Below, piece after piece: positions 41,948-60,933 of a stretch of 64,000 nt of DNA (within the stretch, counting starts at the first letter, position 1; each line of letters starts with the position of its first letter). A program made the translations under genes and the position numbers. The notes under the pieces were generated by a model. It saw nothing but the letters and a program-made list of their open reading frames with translations, did not search any database and had not been told where the DNA came from. This DNA is from Dictyostelium discoideum (lineage: Eukaryota): the NCBI GenBank assembly GCA_000004695.1, contig CM000152.2, positions 5,312,001 through 5,376,000 on the forward strand, given 5' to 3'.

Positions 41948-42760
41948 TCAATATTTTGATCTTTTTTTTAATTTTTTTTTATCTAAATTATCAGGTTCTT
42001 TTTTTATTGATTGAGATTGAATGATTGAAGTTATTGTTTTTGAAATTTCTGGAGGAAAAACCAATTTAGTTAGGGTACCATTTACTCTTTTAACTTTATG
42101 ATTTAAATAATCCAAATTACATAGATGACCTTTTCTATGAAGATAAATAAGTTTATCATTGTTTCTATCTTTTTGAACCAATAGATTAATGATTGATCTA
42201 CCAATAATAAATTTATTATTATATTCTGGATATAGAGATTCAATCAATCTAAATGAACCAATTGTTGATGCATTTAAAATTGATAAATGAACAAGATTTA
42301 ATTTCTTATCGATTGGATTTGAAAAGTATTTACTCTTAAAATTGATAATAATATTTTCAATCATAAATAATTTATCTTTTGAAATTAAATAATTCATTAT
42401 TGTAAAAGGTGATAATAAATCTGAACTTAATAAATGACTTATAATATCCAATCTATTAAATGTTATCGAATTATTTAATATTGCTATGGTTTCAAATTCC
42501 CCATCATCATTAATATCACCAATATTTGAATAGGTTATACCATTATTACTATCTAAACTTTCAGTTTCCATAATATCACCTTCATTCTCTCCAATTATTA
42601 CTTCAACATTTTCAAAAATTTCATTTAATTGTTCATTATTATTATTAAATTGTTGATTATAATTATTATTATGATTATCAATATTATTATTATTTTGATT
42701 TTCAATATTATTAACCATAACATTTGTAGTCGTAGTTGTTGTAGTTACTGCTGTTGTTGG

Positions 42761-42791
<31 letters not shown>

Positions 42792-45409
42792 GAATTTTGA
42801 TTCGATTGATTTTTAAATGATAAATGTTTTGAAATTTCTAAAAATTGATCAAGATTTGAATATTCAAAAATTCTATTTATAATTGCTTGATCTAATTGAA
42901 TTAATGGTGAACCCTCTTTGTGAGTTGATTTTAAATATTCTACCAAATAATTTGGTGAGCCAAAATGAAGGAATAACGCTTGACACTTTTCAAATGTATC
43001 AAATGATGTAACCATTTTCTCTGCACTATAATAATATTGATATTTGAAGTTAATAAACAATTGATCGATAGTACCATTATCAGGATCCAATGTTAAACCA
43101 ATTCTATTTTTACAAGAGTATAAAATTAATTCTTTATATTCTTTAAAAAAGTAATTCATTACTTGATATCTAGTTTGATCCAACAATGAATAAACAATTG
43201 AAAATGGTAATTTCAATTGAAATTTAATAATTTGTAAAACTAAATAAATAATAATTTCATTTGAATAATCATTATTAATTAAAGATTTTGTAAATTTTTT
43301 TAAAATATAGTGATTATTTAATAAAACAATTTTTTCTAATATTGATTTTTTTGATGATGAACAACAACCCAAAGGAGGTGAATTTGGTAATGATGATGAA
43401 GTTGTAGTAGATATATTTGAATTATTATTATTATTATTATTTGAATTTAAATTATTATTATTTAAAGTTAAAATTAATAAATCCATTGAAAAATAATCAT
43501 TTGATTCATAAATATTTAAAATAAAAGATCTAAATAAAAATGATTGAATTCTAAATTTTTCCAAATGTGATATTGATTTAAAATTTATTGATTGATATAA
43601 TTGAATTGTTTCATTAAATGTCATTGATGATAAATTTAAGTCATTAAAAAATTTTCTTTTACATTGATTTGTAAGAATTTGATTTATATCATTATTACAA
43701 ATTTGATTAAAAATATTTATTTTATCTTGATTTGATTTACTTGTGATTGTATTTGATTTTCTAGTTTTAATATCTTCAATTTTTTTAGTTCTAAATTTTA
43801 ATAATAAATTAATCTTTTCCATTGAAACCCTTGTTAATAGAAAGCAAAATGTTTCATTTCTTTCAGAGTTTATTTCTTTTTGAAATTTTATTTTAAAATC
43901 TTGAACATTCTCCAATAGTGATTCGATAGTTTCAATTGGATAATAGATGAACAATAATTTTACAATGTAACAATGAACGTCATATAGTGATGTAAATCTT
44001 TTTAGGAATTGAATTACTTGATCAGTTGGTACGATTATTGATAATGGTTCGATAACTGATTCTTTGTTTAAAAAGTGTAATGATATATTACTCTCTATAA
44101 CATACTCCAATGCCATTAAATTGAAATGTCTAATAGTTTCAACATAAAAGAAAATTTGCATATCATTATATAAAGTTTTATATTGATCACCAATGATTGA
44201 TATGGTTCTACTGAATTTAAGATAATGTATAATTCTATCGACTTGGTTTTGTTTGAAAAAGTAATCTATAAAGAATGGGAAATACTTATGTTCATATCCA
44301 GATTTATATTTCTCTAGTAACTCTTCGATTGTTAATCTTCTATTTAAAAGTTCATTCTTTTTTGGTACAGTATCCAATACCAAACATTTTAAATTATCCA
44401 CATCATATTTGAATGGGAAAACATAATGAAATGGTTTATCATATGAACAACCTTCATTGGCAGAATAATAAACTAAAGGTATTCTCTCGGATGATAATTT
44501 ATCCAAAACATTCATTAAAATATTGTAATGATTAATTTGTGGATACTTTTTAATTAACATTTCTAAATTTACTTCTAATTCTTGTTCAATATATTTTAAC
44601 ATTTTCTCTGGATCATTTGATTTACATGCATTTTGAATTAATAATTCTTCATTATAACCTGTTGATGGTATTGGTTTCTTGATTTTACTTGATAATAATG
44701 ATGATGATGATGTTGTTGTTGTTGATGAATTAATATATGAATCAACTTGATTATGTATAAATTGAACAAAATCTAGAACTTGAAAATTCATTGATATAAT
44801 TGCATTGTCAACAATTTCTTTATCAGATATTATATCAATTACACCACCAATTGAATTATAATTTATTATACCGATAACACCTCCATTATTTGTATGCCAT
44901 TTATAATACATTTTTAAACTTTCAATTGGTGCTCCAACTAAACATACTCTAATATCATCCATTTGAAGTTTATAATTAATATATAATCTTTCCAAAATAT
45001 TTAAATATTTATTTGATTGATAAAGTTTGGAAATTGATAAACTAGTAATATCCAATGGATAATGTGACTCTATCTTATCGGACAAAAGGTTCAATGCATT
45101 CTTTGAGATCATAATATCAATTGAAACTAAATTTTCAAATTTCATTCTATTACCCAAATATAATTCATCTCTATTTTTAAATACTAATGGTTTATCTAAA
45201 ACTCTGAATATTATATTTCTAAGATATAAATTTCTCCAAATTTTCCAAAATGATTTCTCCCCAATATTAAATCCAATATTAAGTTTTTTATTATTCTGAT
45301 GTTGTTGTCCCTCTTCACCATTATCTTGACCATTATCATTTCTTTTTCTTTTTTTATTTAACGGGTTCTCTCCATTAAAAAAGGTTTTTATTGTTTTTGT
45401 TGTTAACAT
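41948..45409 (-). CDS. Hypothetical protein, 1153 aa, single exon
   Basis: Long uninterrupted minus-strand ORF with Dictyostelium codon usage and internal poly-Thr/Asn tracts. I recognise no conserved domain. Confidence 0.6.
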
Positions 45410-46418
45410 TGTTCTTTTTTATTTTTTTTATTTATTTTATTTTTTTTTTTTTAAAAAAAAAATAAAAAAATATTAAAATAAAAAATGTAATATATATATT
45501 TAAATAAATAATATTTTCTTTTTACTTTTTTTTGATTATTTTTTTTTGATTATTTATTACTTTTTTTTTTTATTTACAATGAATAAAATATTGAAAAAAA
45601 AAAAAAAAAAAAAAGAAGAGAGATTTTTTTATTGTTTTTCTAAAAAGTATAGTGATAATTTATTTTGAATATATGTTTTGTTGGTATTCAAGTAATGCTT
45701 TAATAAAAATAAAAAAATAAAAAATAAAAAATAATAAAAAAAATAAAAAATTTTAGGTGGTTTTTTAAGGAATTATTATTATTAAAAATATTATTTATTT
45801 TTTTTTTTTTTTTTAATTGAAAATAATAAAATAAAATAAAAAATAAAATAAAATAAAATTTTTTTAATTTTAAAAAATTAAAATAAAAACAAATAATAAT
45901 AATAATAATAATAATAGATTATAAGATTATATATTTTTATATTTTTATTAAAAATATTAATTCGTATGTATGTATTATTTTCTCTATAATAGTTTATTTG
46001 TCAAATTTGTGCTTGTGTGTGGGTTTGTGTGTATTTATTATACTATACAAAGGGTTTTTTTAAAAGAAAAAAAACAAATAATAATTAAAAAATTAAATAA
46101 ATAAATAATTTTTGATATTTATAGTATTTTAATACATTAAATATTAATTTTTTAAAAAATTTAATAAAAAAAAATAATAATAAATTAAAATTGTTGATTA
46201 TAGGAGTCTTTGATTCATATAAAAAAACATAATGTGGGGATATACTCTTTAAAAATGGTAATTAATTTTAATAAAATATCAAATTAATTTTTATTTTTTT
46301 AATTTTTAAAAAAAAAAAAAAAATCTTCTTTCTTCCCACACAAAATAAAAAAATAAAAAAACAAATATTTAAATAATTAATTTATTTTTATTATTGACAC
46401 ACTTTATATATATATATA

Positions 46419-46453
<35 letters not shown>

Positions 46454-46456
46454 AAT

Positions 46457-47450
46457 TTAGGACATAATAACTAATGTTAAAACAAAGAATGTTACAATAA
46501 TTAATGTAGGTAAGATTGAATTACCGGTAGAACTATCTTTTGAACCAGTTGTTGAGGAAGTAGTACCAGTTGAACTGCCTGCAGTTGAAGTTTCAACACC
46601 ACCTGGATTCAATACAGTAGAATCGGTTTGTAATGAATCATTATCACTTTCTTCGGAATCATTTGGTGAGGGTGATGAAGATGGTGATGATGATGGTGAT
46701 GATGAAGCTGTATCAGTGGAGCTAGAATTGGAATTTGTAGAATCTGATGAGGAGATTGGACCGACAGTTGGAGGAACATCACTTGAACCATTTGGATTTG
46801 TACCACCACCAGAGTTTGGAGTATTTGAAGAACCGGTATAAAGCAATTGGGAACGACTAACTGGTTGTTGTGCTCCTTCGGTAAATGTTGCAACGGTTAT
46901 GTAAAATTGTTCATTGGCATAATTTGACTTTTCAGATGTAATATCAATTAAAGTTTGCCCAATATAAAAACTTGTTGGTGAATTGGGTGCAACAGCTTGT
47001 GAACCACCTCCGACAAATTTGGTTGAAGTTAAAACAGTTGAAGAATCAAATGGCAATGTTAATTTCAATTGACCACCATCAGTATTTGGTGCAGATGGAC
47101 CTAGTAATTTTACTTGTGAAACGTCAGTACCATCAATACCAGTCAATGAAATACTATAACTAAATTTATATCCACCATCAACTCTTGCTATTATTAAATC
47201 TGCAGAACCTTTAACTGAATTGGTTTTACTATTTGTTAAAGCACTTGTACCAAATGTACCTTTAAAAGTATATTTTTCAGTATCTAAAAATTAAAAATAA
47301 AAAAAAATAAAAAATTAATAATTATTATCTTAATTTTAATTTAAATCTTAATATATTTTTAAATTCTTACCATCTGAGAATGCCACATTATAAAATGAAA
47401 ATAAAATAATTAATATCTTAAAAATTGATAAAGTATTTTTAAATTTCATT
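46457..47450 (-). CDS. Secreted, GPI-anchored Ser/Thr-rich cell-surface glycoprotein (PsA/csA-like architecture). Exon 1 is 47450 to about 47371, exon 2 47283-46457.
   Basis: Exon 1 encodes signal peptide MKFKNTLSIFKILIILFSFYNVAFSDG with GTAAGA donor. Exon 2 has a globular region, then a long S/T/P/N spacer and a C-terminal hydrophobic tail ...GNSILPTLIIVTFFVLTLVIMS* (GPI signal). Confidence 0.65.
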
Positions 47451-48302
47451 TTAGGTATTATATTTATAATTTTAATTATTTTTAATATTAATTTTTTTTT
47501 TTTTTTTTTTTTTAATTAATTTTTTTTTTTTTTTTTTTTTTTTAAGGAAATAATTTAATGTGAATGTATATGTATAGCAATAATAAATAAATAAATAATT
47601 TTTTTTTTTGTTTTTTTTTTTTTTTAAGTATTAAATGAAAAAAAAAAAAAAAAGAAATCTTAAGGTTTATAAAAAAAAAAAAAAAATAAAAAAATAAAAA
47701 ATAAAAAATAAAAAAAAAATAAAAAAAAATTAAATGTTAATTAATTAAAACGTTTTAAAAAGGTCTTTTTAAAATCATCTTATCAAAAGGGACTCTTCAA
47801 TATTAATTTTCAAAAAAAAAAAAATAAAAATAAAAAAAAAATAACGAACTAAAATCTTTTTGGAAAGCCTTTTTGAGATATTGAGGGTTTTTACATGAAA
47901 ATTGAAGAAGTTGGGAAAATAACATATGTATTACGGCGAATCAATGTTTTTAAATTAAATAAAAAAATTTTTTAAAAGAAAACTTAATTAATTTTAAAAC
48001 CAAAAAAAAAAAAAAAATAGTAAATTAAATACTTTTAACTGGATATTATTATGAATTTCATATGACGCAACCATTTGGAATACAGTTTTTTTTTTTTTCT
48101 TTCTTTCTTTCTTTCTTTCTTTAATTATGTTATATTACTTTTTTTTTTTTTTTTTTTTTTTCTTATAATTTTATAATATATTGTTATTATATTATAGCCA
48201 TTATTTTTTATTTTATTTTATTTTATTTTATTTTATTTTATTTTATTTTATTTTATTTTATTTTATTTTATTATTATTGATAATTAAATTCCAATGATAG
48301 AA

Positions 48303-48340
<38 letters not shown>

Positions 48341-48344
<4 letters not shown>

Positions 48345-48867
48345 TCTTTTAATATATTAATTTTTATATCCATTGTATAAATATATTTTTCATTATTTCC
48401 ATTTGAAGTATTTAAATTTGATACAGTTTGTTTATGAGTACCAATTAAAGATATAGCATCGTCTATATTATTGGATGAATTATTATTTTTAACAATATTT
48501 AAATTATATTCGGATATAATTTCTACAGAATTATTGAATTCATCCTCAAAATGAGAAGAACCATACAATTGAATTGAGTTATCTTTTAATACACCACCAC
48601 AAACCAATGGTGGACCTCCCATTTGTAAATATAATTTAACAGCTCCTCCAAACATTAAACAATATTTAATTTCCCCTAAATCTATAAAAAATAAAAATAA
48701 AAATAAAAATACAAATAAAAATAAAAATAAAAATAAAAATAAAAAAACAAAAAAATAAAAAATAAAAATTATAAATTAATTAAATAAATAAAATAAAAAA
48801 AAATTAAAAATTAATAAACTACATTTTAAAAAATTTCTTAATTATAGTAGTTTTTTTATAAATATAC

Positions 48868-48931
<64 letters not shown>

Positions 48932-49121
48932 AATATTTATACATACTTGCAATAATATATTCATCTTGATCCATAATTTTTGATTTTAATAAATTCATTT
49001 CATCATAATAATTCTTTTCAGCAGTTTTAAAAATTTCCTCTGAAATATTTTCACCCATTATTTTATTATTTTTAAAACCAAGTGAATGAACATTATATTG
49101 AGTCCATGGTTGTATAAATGG

Positions 49122-49159
<38 letters not shown>

Positions 49160-49915
49160 CTTGGTTGATGTTGTTGTTATTATTATTATTTAATAATTCA
49201 TATATCTTTTTATAAGGGAAAAATTCATGTGAATAATAGGGTTCAGCATTTAATTGTTCAAAGATTTGTGGTGAAATCATTTTACCATATTTGATCATAT
49301 CTTGCCAACGTGATAAATGTGGTGATATTAAAAAACATTGTATTATCATTTTCTCTGATAATGTATTGATATCTCTATTGTTTATAATATCATCCATTAA
49401 TGGTATAACTTTATCAATTAAATATCTACTATGTAAACAAATGATTAATTGTTGAATTTCAATTGCTTCTTTCTCTTGTTTATTCTCTATATTTTTAATA
49501 TCTAAAAATGTCCAAATTTTATTTAATTCTTTTTTACCTAATGTCTATAAAAATATATATATATAAATATATTAGAAAATTCTATAAATTGGAAAAATAA
49601 TAATATAATAATAATAATAATATTTACATTTGGTGAAGAATTTGTTATACCTAGATATTTCCATAAAAAACTACTTGATAATAATCTTTGATTGTTATTT
49701 AACTCTTTTGGGTCACAATTTAATAATTCATCTTTAAATTCTTCAATTGATTTTGGTACTTTAGATAGAATTTCTAGTTTTTTAATCTCTGCTAAATTAT
49801 TTGAAATATTTGACTCACTTAAATCGATATTTTTTTTATTTGTAGTTGTAGTAGTAGTATTATTATTATTATTATTTAAAGTTGAATAGAATTTATTTTT
49901 ATTTTCAAATGAAAA

Positions 49916-49963
<48 letters not shown>

Positions 49964-50074
49964 TCCAAAACTAGTTAAAGTACCCCTACAATAAGTGGTT
50001 TGGTGGTGTGATTGAAATCTTATTAAATTTCTATATATGTTATTTCTTGTGAAAATAGAAACTTTTTTAAACAT
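48341..50074 (-). CDS. Hypothetical protein with an N-terminal mitochondrial-presequence-like region, about 460 aa. Three coding exons: exon 1 50074-49628, exon 2 49544-48947, a long repeat-filled intron, exon 3 about 48680-48341.
   Basis: MFKKVSIFTRNNIYRNLIRFQSHHQTTYCRGTL (Arg-rich, no acidic residues). Donors AAT|GTAAAT (49627) and A|GTATGT (48946). Acceptors ttttatag|ACA and ttttttatag|AT. Exon 3 contains GGPPLVCGGVLKDN. Frame bookkeeping near 48600 disagrees by 1 nt between my read and the ORF track. Confidence 0.5.
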
Positions 50075-50208
50075 TCTAAAAAGGCTATTTCATCCAATAA
50101 GAGATGCGATTCACAAAAAAGCAAAAAAATTTCTTTTTCTATTTTTTTTTATTTTTTATTTTTTAATTTTTATTTATTTTTTTTTAATTTAAAATTGCTC
50201 AACAATAG

Positions 50209-50239
<31 letters not shown>

Positions 50240-50722
50240 TTGACACACACAATTCAAAAAAAGGTATCATTTCTTTATTTAACTATTTCTTTTTGTAAAT
50301 AACACATTCAAAAAAAAAAAAAAATAAAAAAAAAAAATAAAAAATAAATAAAAAAAAATAAAAAAAAATAAAAAAAAAAAATTAAAATTAAAATTAAAAA
50401 ACAAATAGTGGTTTCCTTTTATAGCCCAAATTTTTCTTTTTTCTTTTTTTTTTTTTTTTTTTTATTTAAATAAATTATTTAATTCATATTCAATTAAATG
50501 TTTTAAAAATAATTAAATTAAATTAAATTAAAAAAAAAAAAAAAAAAAATATATATATAAATTTTAAAATCAGAAATTATTTTTGTTTTTTTTATTTTTT
50601 TATTCACTAATAATTAATCAACACAGTAATACTATAAAAAATATAATTTTAAAAAATTAAATTTTAAAATAATAATATTTTAAAAAAAAATAAAAATAAA
50701 AATAAAAAATAAAAAAAAAAAA

Positions 50723-51052
50723 ATGAAAAACTATAATTTTATATTAATTAGTCTTTTTATAATATTTTTCATAATATTAAATATATCAAGCAATAATAAT
50801 AATTTTACAAATGCTGAAGAAATGACAGGAATAAATGATATAATAAATAGACGTTACCAAGAGTATATGGAAAATAGAACACCAAATGAACAACAACAAC
50901 AACAACAACAACAACAAAATAATAATAATCCTCCACAACACATAGATCCTTTAGTTGGTAACCCCTGTAATCATGACCAAATAATGCAAGGAAGAATTTC
51001 AAAATTAAAAGAAAAATTAAAAAAAGATCAACAAAATCAACAACAAAATTAA
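50723..51052 (+). CDS. Small secreted protein, 109 aa (hypothetical)
   Basis: ATG followed by a strong signal peptide MKNYNFILISLFIIFFIILNISS, then a Gln-rich region. No intron obvious. Confidence 0.4.
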   Translation: MKNYNFILISLFIIFFIILNISSNNNNFTNAEEMTGINDIINRRYQEYMENRTPNEQQQQQQQQQNNNNPPQHIDPLVGNPCNHDQIMQGRISKLKEKLKKDQQNQQQN

Positions 51053-51273
51053 AATGAAAAATTAAAAAAAAAAATAAACAAAACCAACAAAAAAACTAAA
51101 ATAATATTAATAAAATAAAACTTGTACATATTTAAATTATTTCAACACTGTTTTTTTTTTTTTTTTTTTTAAAGTATCGATATGTTATTATTTTTATTTT
51201 TTTTTTATTTATATTTTTGTTTTTTTTTTTTTTTTTTTTTTTTTTTATATATATTTTTTTTCGATTTTGAAGT

Positions 51274-52995
51274 TTAAATGTCATTTATATCAACAATGTT
51301 TGAATTTTTTGAATTAAAATTTCTCATTCTAATACGATCAGCAGATTTTTTACAACACCATTCTTCTTCACAATCGTCAACACAATTTTGAATACAAAAG
51401 TTTGGATCAGAAGTGGCACCACCAGTGAAAGAATTAATTGGTAAGAATTCTGGTTGAATTGAAGTTGAGTGAATACCTTCTTTGTGGAAAATTTTTCTTA
51501 ATTTGGAAGCGATTGATTGGAATTCTCTACCTTGTTCAATACCGACATGGACTGAAGCGATGGTCATACCATCAACCAATTGCCAAACGTGAAGATCATG
51601 CTGACTAACGACACCTTCAACTTTTGCGATCTTGTAACGAATTGAATCCAAATCGATATCATCCGGTACCTTTTGTAATAAAATCATTGAACATCTCTTC
51701 ACCAATGGTGCTGATGTGGCTGCGATCATAATAACAATAATCAATGAAACTGCTGGATCAATATATTCTGTCCATTTACCATGGGTGAAATGAATAACTG
51801 CACCGGTAATCAATACGAATAACGATGAGATTGCATCACCCAAAAAGTGAAGGAAAACACCAAACATATTTAAATCCATTCCCAAACATGTACCACTTGA
51901 TTTCTTTTTCTTTTTCTTTTTCTCTACACCATCATGTGAATGACCATGTTTTTCTTTCTTTTTCTCTACACCACCATCATGTGAATGACCATGGCCATGC
52001 TTTTCTTTCTTTTTCTCTGAACCACCATGTGAATGACCATGATTTTCCTCTGAATGATCATGATGACCTTCGTGATCATGGTCATGCTCATCATTAATAT
52101 TTATACCTTCAGCAGCACCACCACCATGTGAATGACTGTGACCATGTTTCTTTTCTTTCTTCTTTTCACCACCATGTGAATGACCATGACTCTCTTCGGA
52201 ATGGTCATGGTGATCGTGGTCGTCATGATTATGTTCTTCGCTATTAATACCTACAGCAGTGGTAGCGGTACTATGTGAATGGCCATGACCATGTTTTTCT
52301 TTCTTTTTCTCTTTGTCTGCACCATCATGTGAATGGCCATGCTTTTCTTTCTTTTTCTCTTTCTCAGCACCATGTGAATGACCACCACCTCCGCCATGTG
52401 AATGACCACCACCACCGTGTGAATGAGCATGAGACATACCAGTACATGCAAATACTATAGTACCTAAAATATTAATTGCTAAACCAGAACCTGCAACAAT
52501 CATAAAGATTAGACCACTTTCCATTGGCTCAGGTCTGATGAAACGTGGAATTGCCTCCAATGCAACATAAAGACTCATCGATAGTAAAAAGCAACCGTTT
52601 GTTAAACCACCTAAGATTTCAGCACGTGCCCAACCATAAGACATGAAATTATCAGAGTCTCTCTTTGCTGCTTTTTGTGCCCACCATGCAATAACTAATG
52701 AAACTACATCTGATAAATTGTGAAATCCATCCGATAACAATGTTAATGATCCAACATATAATGCTGCCCCTAATTCAACAATAACATATAACAATGTCAA
52801 TGTACCAATAGAAATAAATGCAATTGATTTACTTAATGGTTCTTTCTCTAAATCTTTTTGTTTCTTTGTATCTTTACTAATTAAATTTTCATTATAATCA
52901 TAATTATTATTATTATAATAATTATAATCATCATCATCATCATCATAATCATTGTCATCAATTATATTATTATTATTATTATTTTTATTATACAT
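51274..52995 (-). CDS. Cation-diffusion-facilitator zinc transporter (ZnT/SLC30-like) with a very long His-rich cytosolic loop
   Basis: TM II/V motifs [11 protein letters not shown] and [11 protein letters not shown] (HxxxD), six TM helices, and a C-terminal CDF domain. The loop holds multiple [25 protein letters not shown] repeats. Confidence 0.85.
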
Positions 52996-53298
52996 TTTGT
53001 ATTATTATTATTATTATTATTATAGTATTATAATTATTTATTATTATTTATATTTATATTTTATTATTCCATATATTAATTATTAATTATTTTAATTTGA
53101 AAAAATAAAAAAAAAAAAAAAAAAACAATATTAATAAGAGGTATTAAAATAAAAAGATTTTTTGGAAAAAAAAAATAAATAAAAATTAAAATATAAAAAT
53201 AAAAAAAAACAATGATCCGTTTATTTATATGATTCAAATAAAAAAACTGCAAACGGGAGGGTTGTTTTTTGTTTTTTGGTTTTTTTTTTTTTTTTTTT

Positions 53299-53348
<50 letters not shown>

Positions 53349-53646
53349 AACAAAATAAAATTAAAAAAAATAGTTTAATAATTAACAATTGTTTAATTTG
53401 GTATAAAAAGAAGGAACGATGTGATTTGTTAAGTGGAAGTGAAGTGTTTTTTTTTTAAAAAATATAAATTTGTTTTTTTTTTTATTTTTTTTTATTTTAC
53501 CCTAACAACGACGAAGTTTCTGAACTGGCCATTTATTTTATCTTATCAAACACTTTTCTACTTTTTTTTTTTTTTTTTTTAGTTTTTAGTTTTTAGTTTT
53601 TATAGTATATAAATAATAATACAAAGATAAGTTTTATGAAAGATGT

Positions 53647-53688
<42 letters not shown>

Positions 53689-53700
53689 TGTGAAAATAAA

Positions 53701-53800
53701 NNNNNNNNNNNNNNNNNNNNNNNNNNNNNNNNNNNNNNNNNNNNNNNNNNNNNNNNNNNNNNNNNNNNNNNNNNNNNNNNNNNNNNNNNNNNNNNNNNNN
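53701..53800. other. Assembly gap of 100 N
   Basis: Run of n characters flanked by poly-T/poly-A. Confidence 1.
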
Positions 53801-54356
53801 AATAATAATTTTTTTTTTATTTTTTTTTTTATTTTTTTTTTATTTTTTTTATTTTTTTAATTTTTTTAATTTATTTATTTATTTATTTATTTATTTATTA
53901 ATTATTTCATTTTTATAAATTACAAAAAAAAAAAAATAAATAAAATAAAAATATGTCATCAATTTCTTTTTTATTTTTGTTTTTATTTTATTTTATTTTT
54001 TTTTTTTTTTTGACCATCTATTTTTAGTTTTTTACTTTTTTATTTTTTTATTTTTTATTTTTTTTTTTTTGTCCAAAAAAAGAAGATGAACTTATTTAAA
54101 GTATTTAATTGTTTAATTTTTTTTTTAAAAAAAAAATGGGTAGACTAAATTTAGAAAAAAAAAAAATAAACCCAATTATTAATGGTAATATAATATACAA
54201 AAAAATAAAATAATAAATAAAATCATTTTATCACTTTTTTTTTTTTCACTTTTTTTATTTTTTTTTTTCCAAAAAAACGAGTCATTTTTTCAATTTTTTT
54301 TTTTTAAAAATTTCACAAAAAAAGACGAAGAAAGAATTTTTTTTTTTTTTTATTAA

Positions 54357-54387
<31 letters not shown>

Positions 54388-54390
54388 TAA

Positions 54391-56196
<1,806 letters not shown>

Positions 56197-56451
56197 AAAA
56201 AATAATAATAATAATAATAATAATAATAGTAATAATTTATTGTAGAAAAAAATAATAATAATAATAATAATAATAAAATAATAAAAACAAACAAATAAAT
56301 AAAACAAATTATTTCTTTTTTTCTACAATATTTTTTTTTTTTTATTTTATTTTGTATTTATCTTATATTTCCTTAACAAAATTATTATTATTACTAAAAG
56401 TTTTTGATTTTAAAATTTTTTAAATATATAAATGATTGGCATTTAAATAAT

Positions 56452-56825
56452 TTAGATTTTATCTTTTGGTAATTGGTAGATTGGATCAGCATTGGTTTCT
56501 TTGGCATATGCTAAAGTTTTAGCTCTCCATTCTTTGTTATGAGTTGGGTATTCACCTATTTATATATATATGTAATAAATTTATATTTAATTAGTGATGT
56601 TTTTTTATATTAAAAACATAAAAAAAAAAAAAAATTTATATATTTACGTTTGTTGGATCTTGTTTTGGCAAAGAAGAGGCCACTAACAGTAAGGGTAGCA
56701 ACAACACCAATTAAAGTGATGTAACCTTTTGGTGTACCGTAACCCTCTAATTTGTACATGTTGTATGGGTAGCCTTTGAAGCCTTTTGGATATCTGAGAT
56801 TGTATGATTCGTTACCAGTGGACAT
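56452..56825 (-). CDS. Small single-pass membrane protein, about 93 aa. Exon 1 is 56825-56648, intron 56647-56556, exon 2 56555-56452.
   Basis: MSTGNESYNLRYPKGFKGYPYNMYKLEGYGTPKGYITLIGVVATLTVSGLFFAKTRSNK|REYPTHNKEWRAKTLAYAKETNADPIYQLPKDKI*. Donor C|GTAAAT, acceptor aaatag|GT. Possibly a respiratory-chain accessory subunit, but unassigned. Confidence 0.5.
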
Positions 56826-56840
56826 TCTAAAATTATAATT

Positions 56841-56963
<123 letters not shown>

Positions 56964-57529
56964 GAATAGTTAGTTATTTGATTAATTTAAATTTAAATTT
57001 CATTTTTTTTTTTTTTTTTTTTTTCACTGTTCACCACCAAAAAAAAAAATTGATGATAGTGTATAATCAAATATTTTTGTTTTTTTTTTTTTTTTTTCTA
57101 AATATAACCAACACATAAAAATAGTGAAAATCTTAATCACTTAATCACTTTTTACTTTTATTTTATTTAATATAATGTGCGTTGGTCCTAACTGACATTC
57201 CAGTTTTTTTTTTTTTATAATTTTTTGCGTTGAAACTTACTTGTTGTGTGTATGAAAAAAAGTAATATGAGTTGAAAAAAAAAAAAATTAAAAAATTATA
57301 AAAAAAAATCAAAAAAAAAAAAAAAAAAATTCCAATTTTTTTATTTTTTTTTTTATTTTTTTTTATATATATTTTATTTTATTTTGTTTTGTTTTCACAA
57401 ATCACTTTTTTCATCGTTTTTTTTTTTTTTTTCACAAAATTTCTTTTAAATTTTTCTTTCGTTTTTGAAATCTTTTTGTTTTTTTTTATTTTATTTTTTT
57501 TATAGATATAAATTTATTTAATTATTCAT

Positions 57530-57564
<35 letters not shown>

Positions 57565-57693
57565 TTTCAATTTATTGTTTTGTAATAAATCCAATTTTCC
57601 AAAGATTTGACAAATAAAAAAAAATAAAAATTAAAAAAATAAAAAAAAAAAATAAAAATAAAAATAAAGTAAACAATTTTATTTTTACAAATA

Positions 57694-60796
<3,103 letters not shown>

Positions 60797-60933
60797 AAAA
60801 AAAAAACGGATATATATATAAATTATAAAAAATAAAATTATTATCTTTTTTTTTTTTTTTTTTTATATATATACCAATCTTTTAAGATTGAAATAATTAT
60901 TTTATTTTATTTTATTTTATTTTTTTTTTTTTT

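Noticed and set aside
51825-52460. Plus- and minus-strand His-rich small ORFs
   Set aside because: Alternative-frame and antisense readings of the ZnT His-loop DNA repeats.
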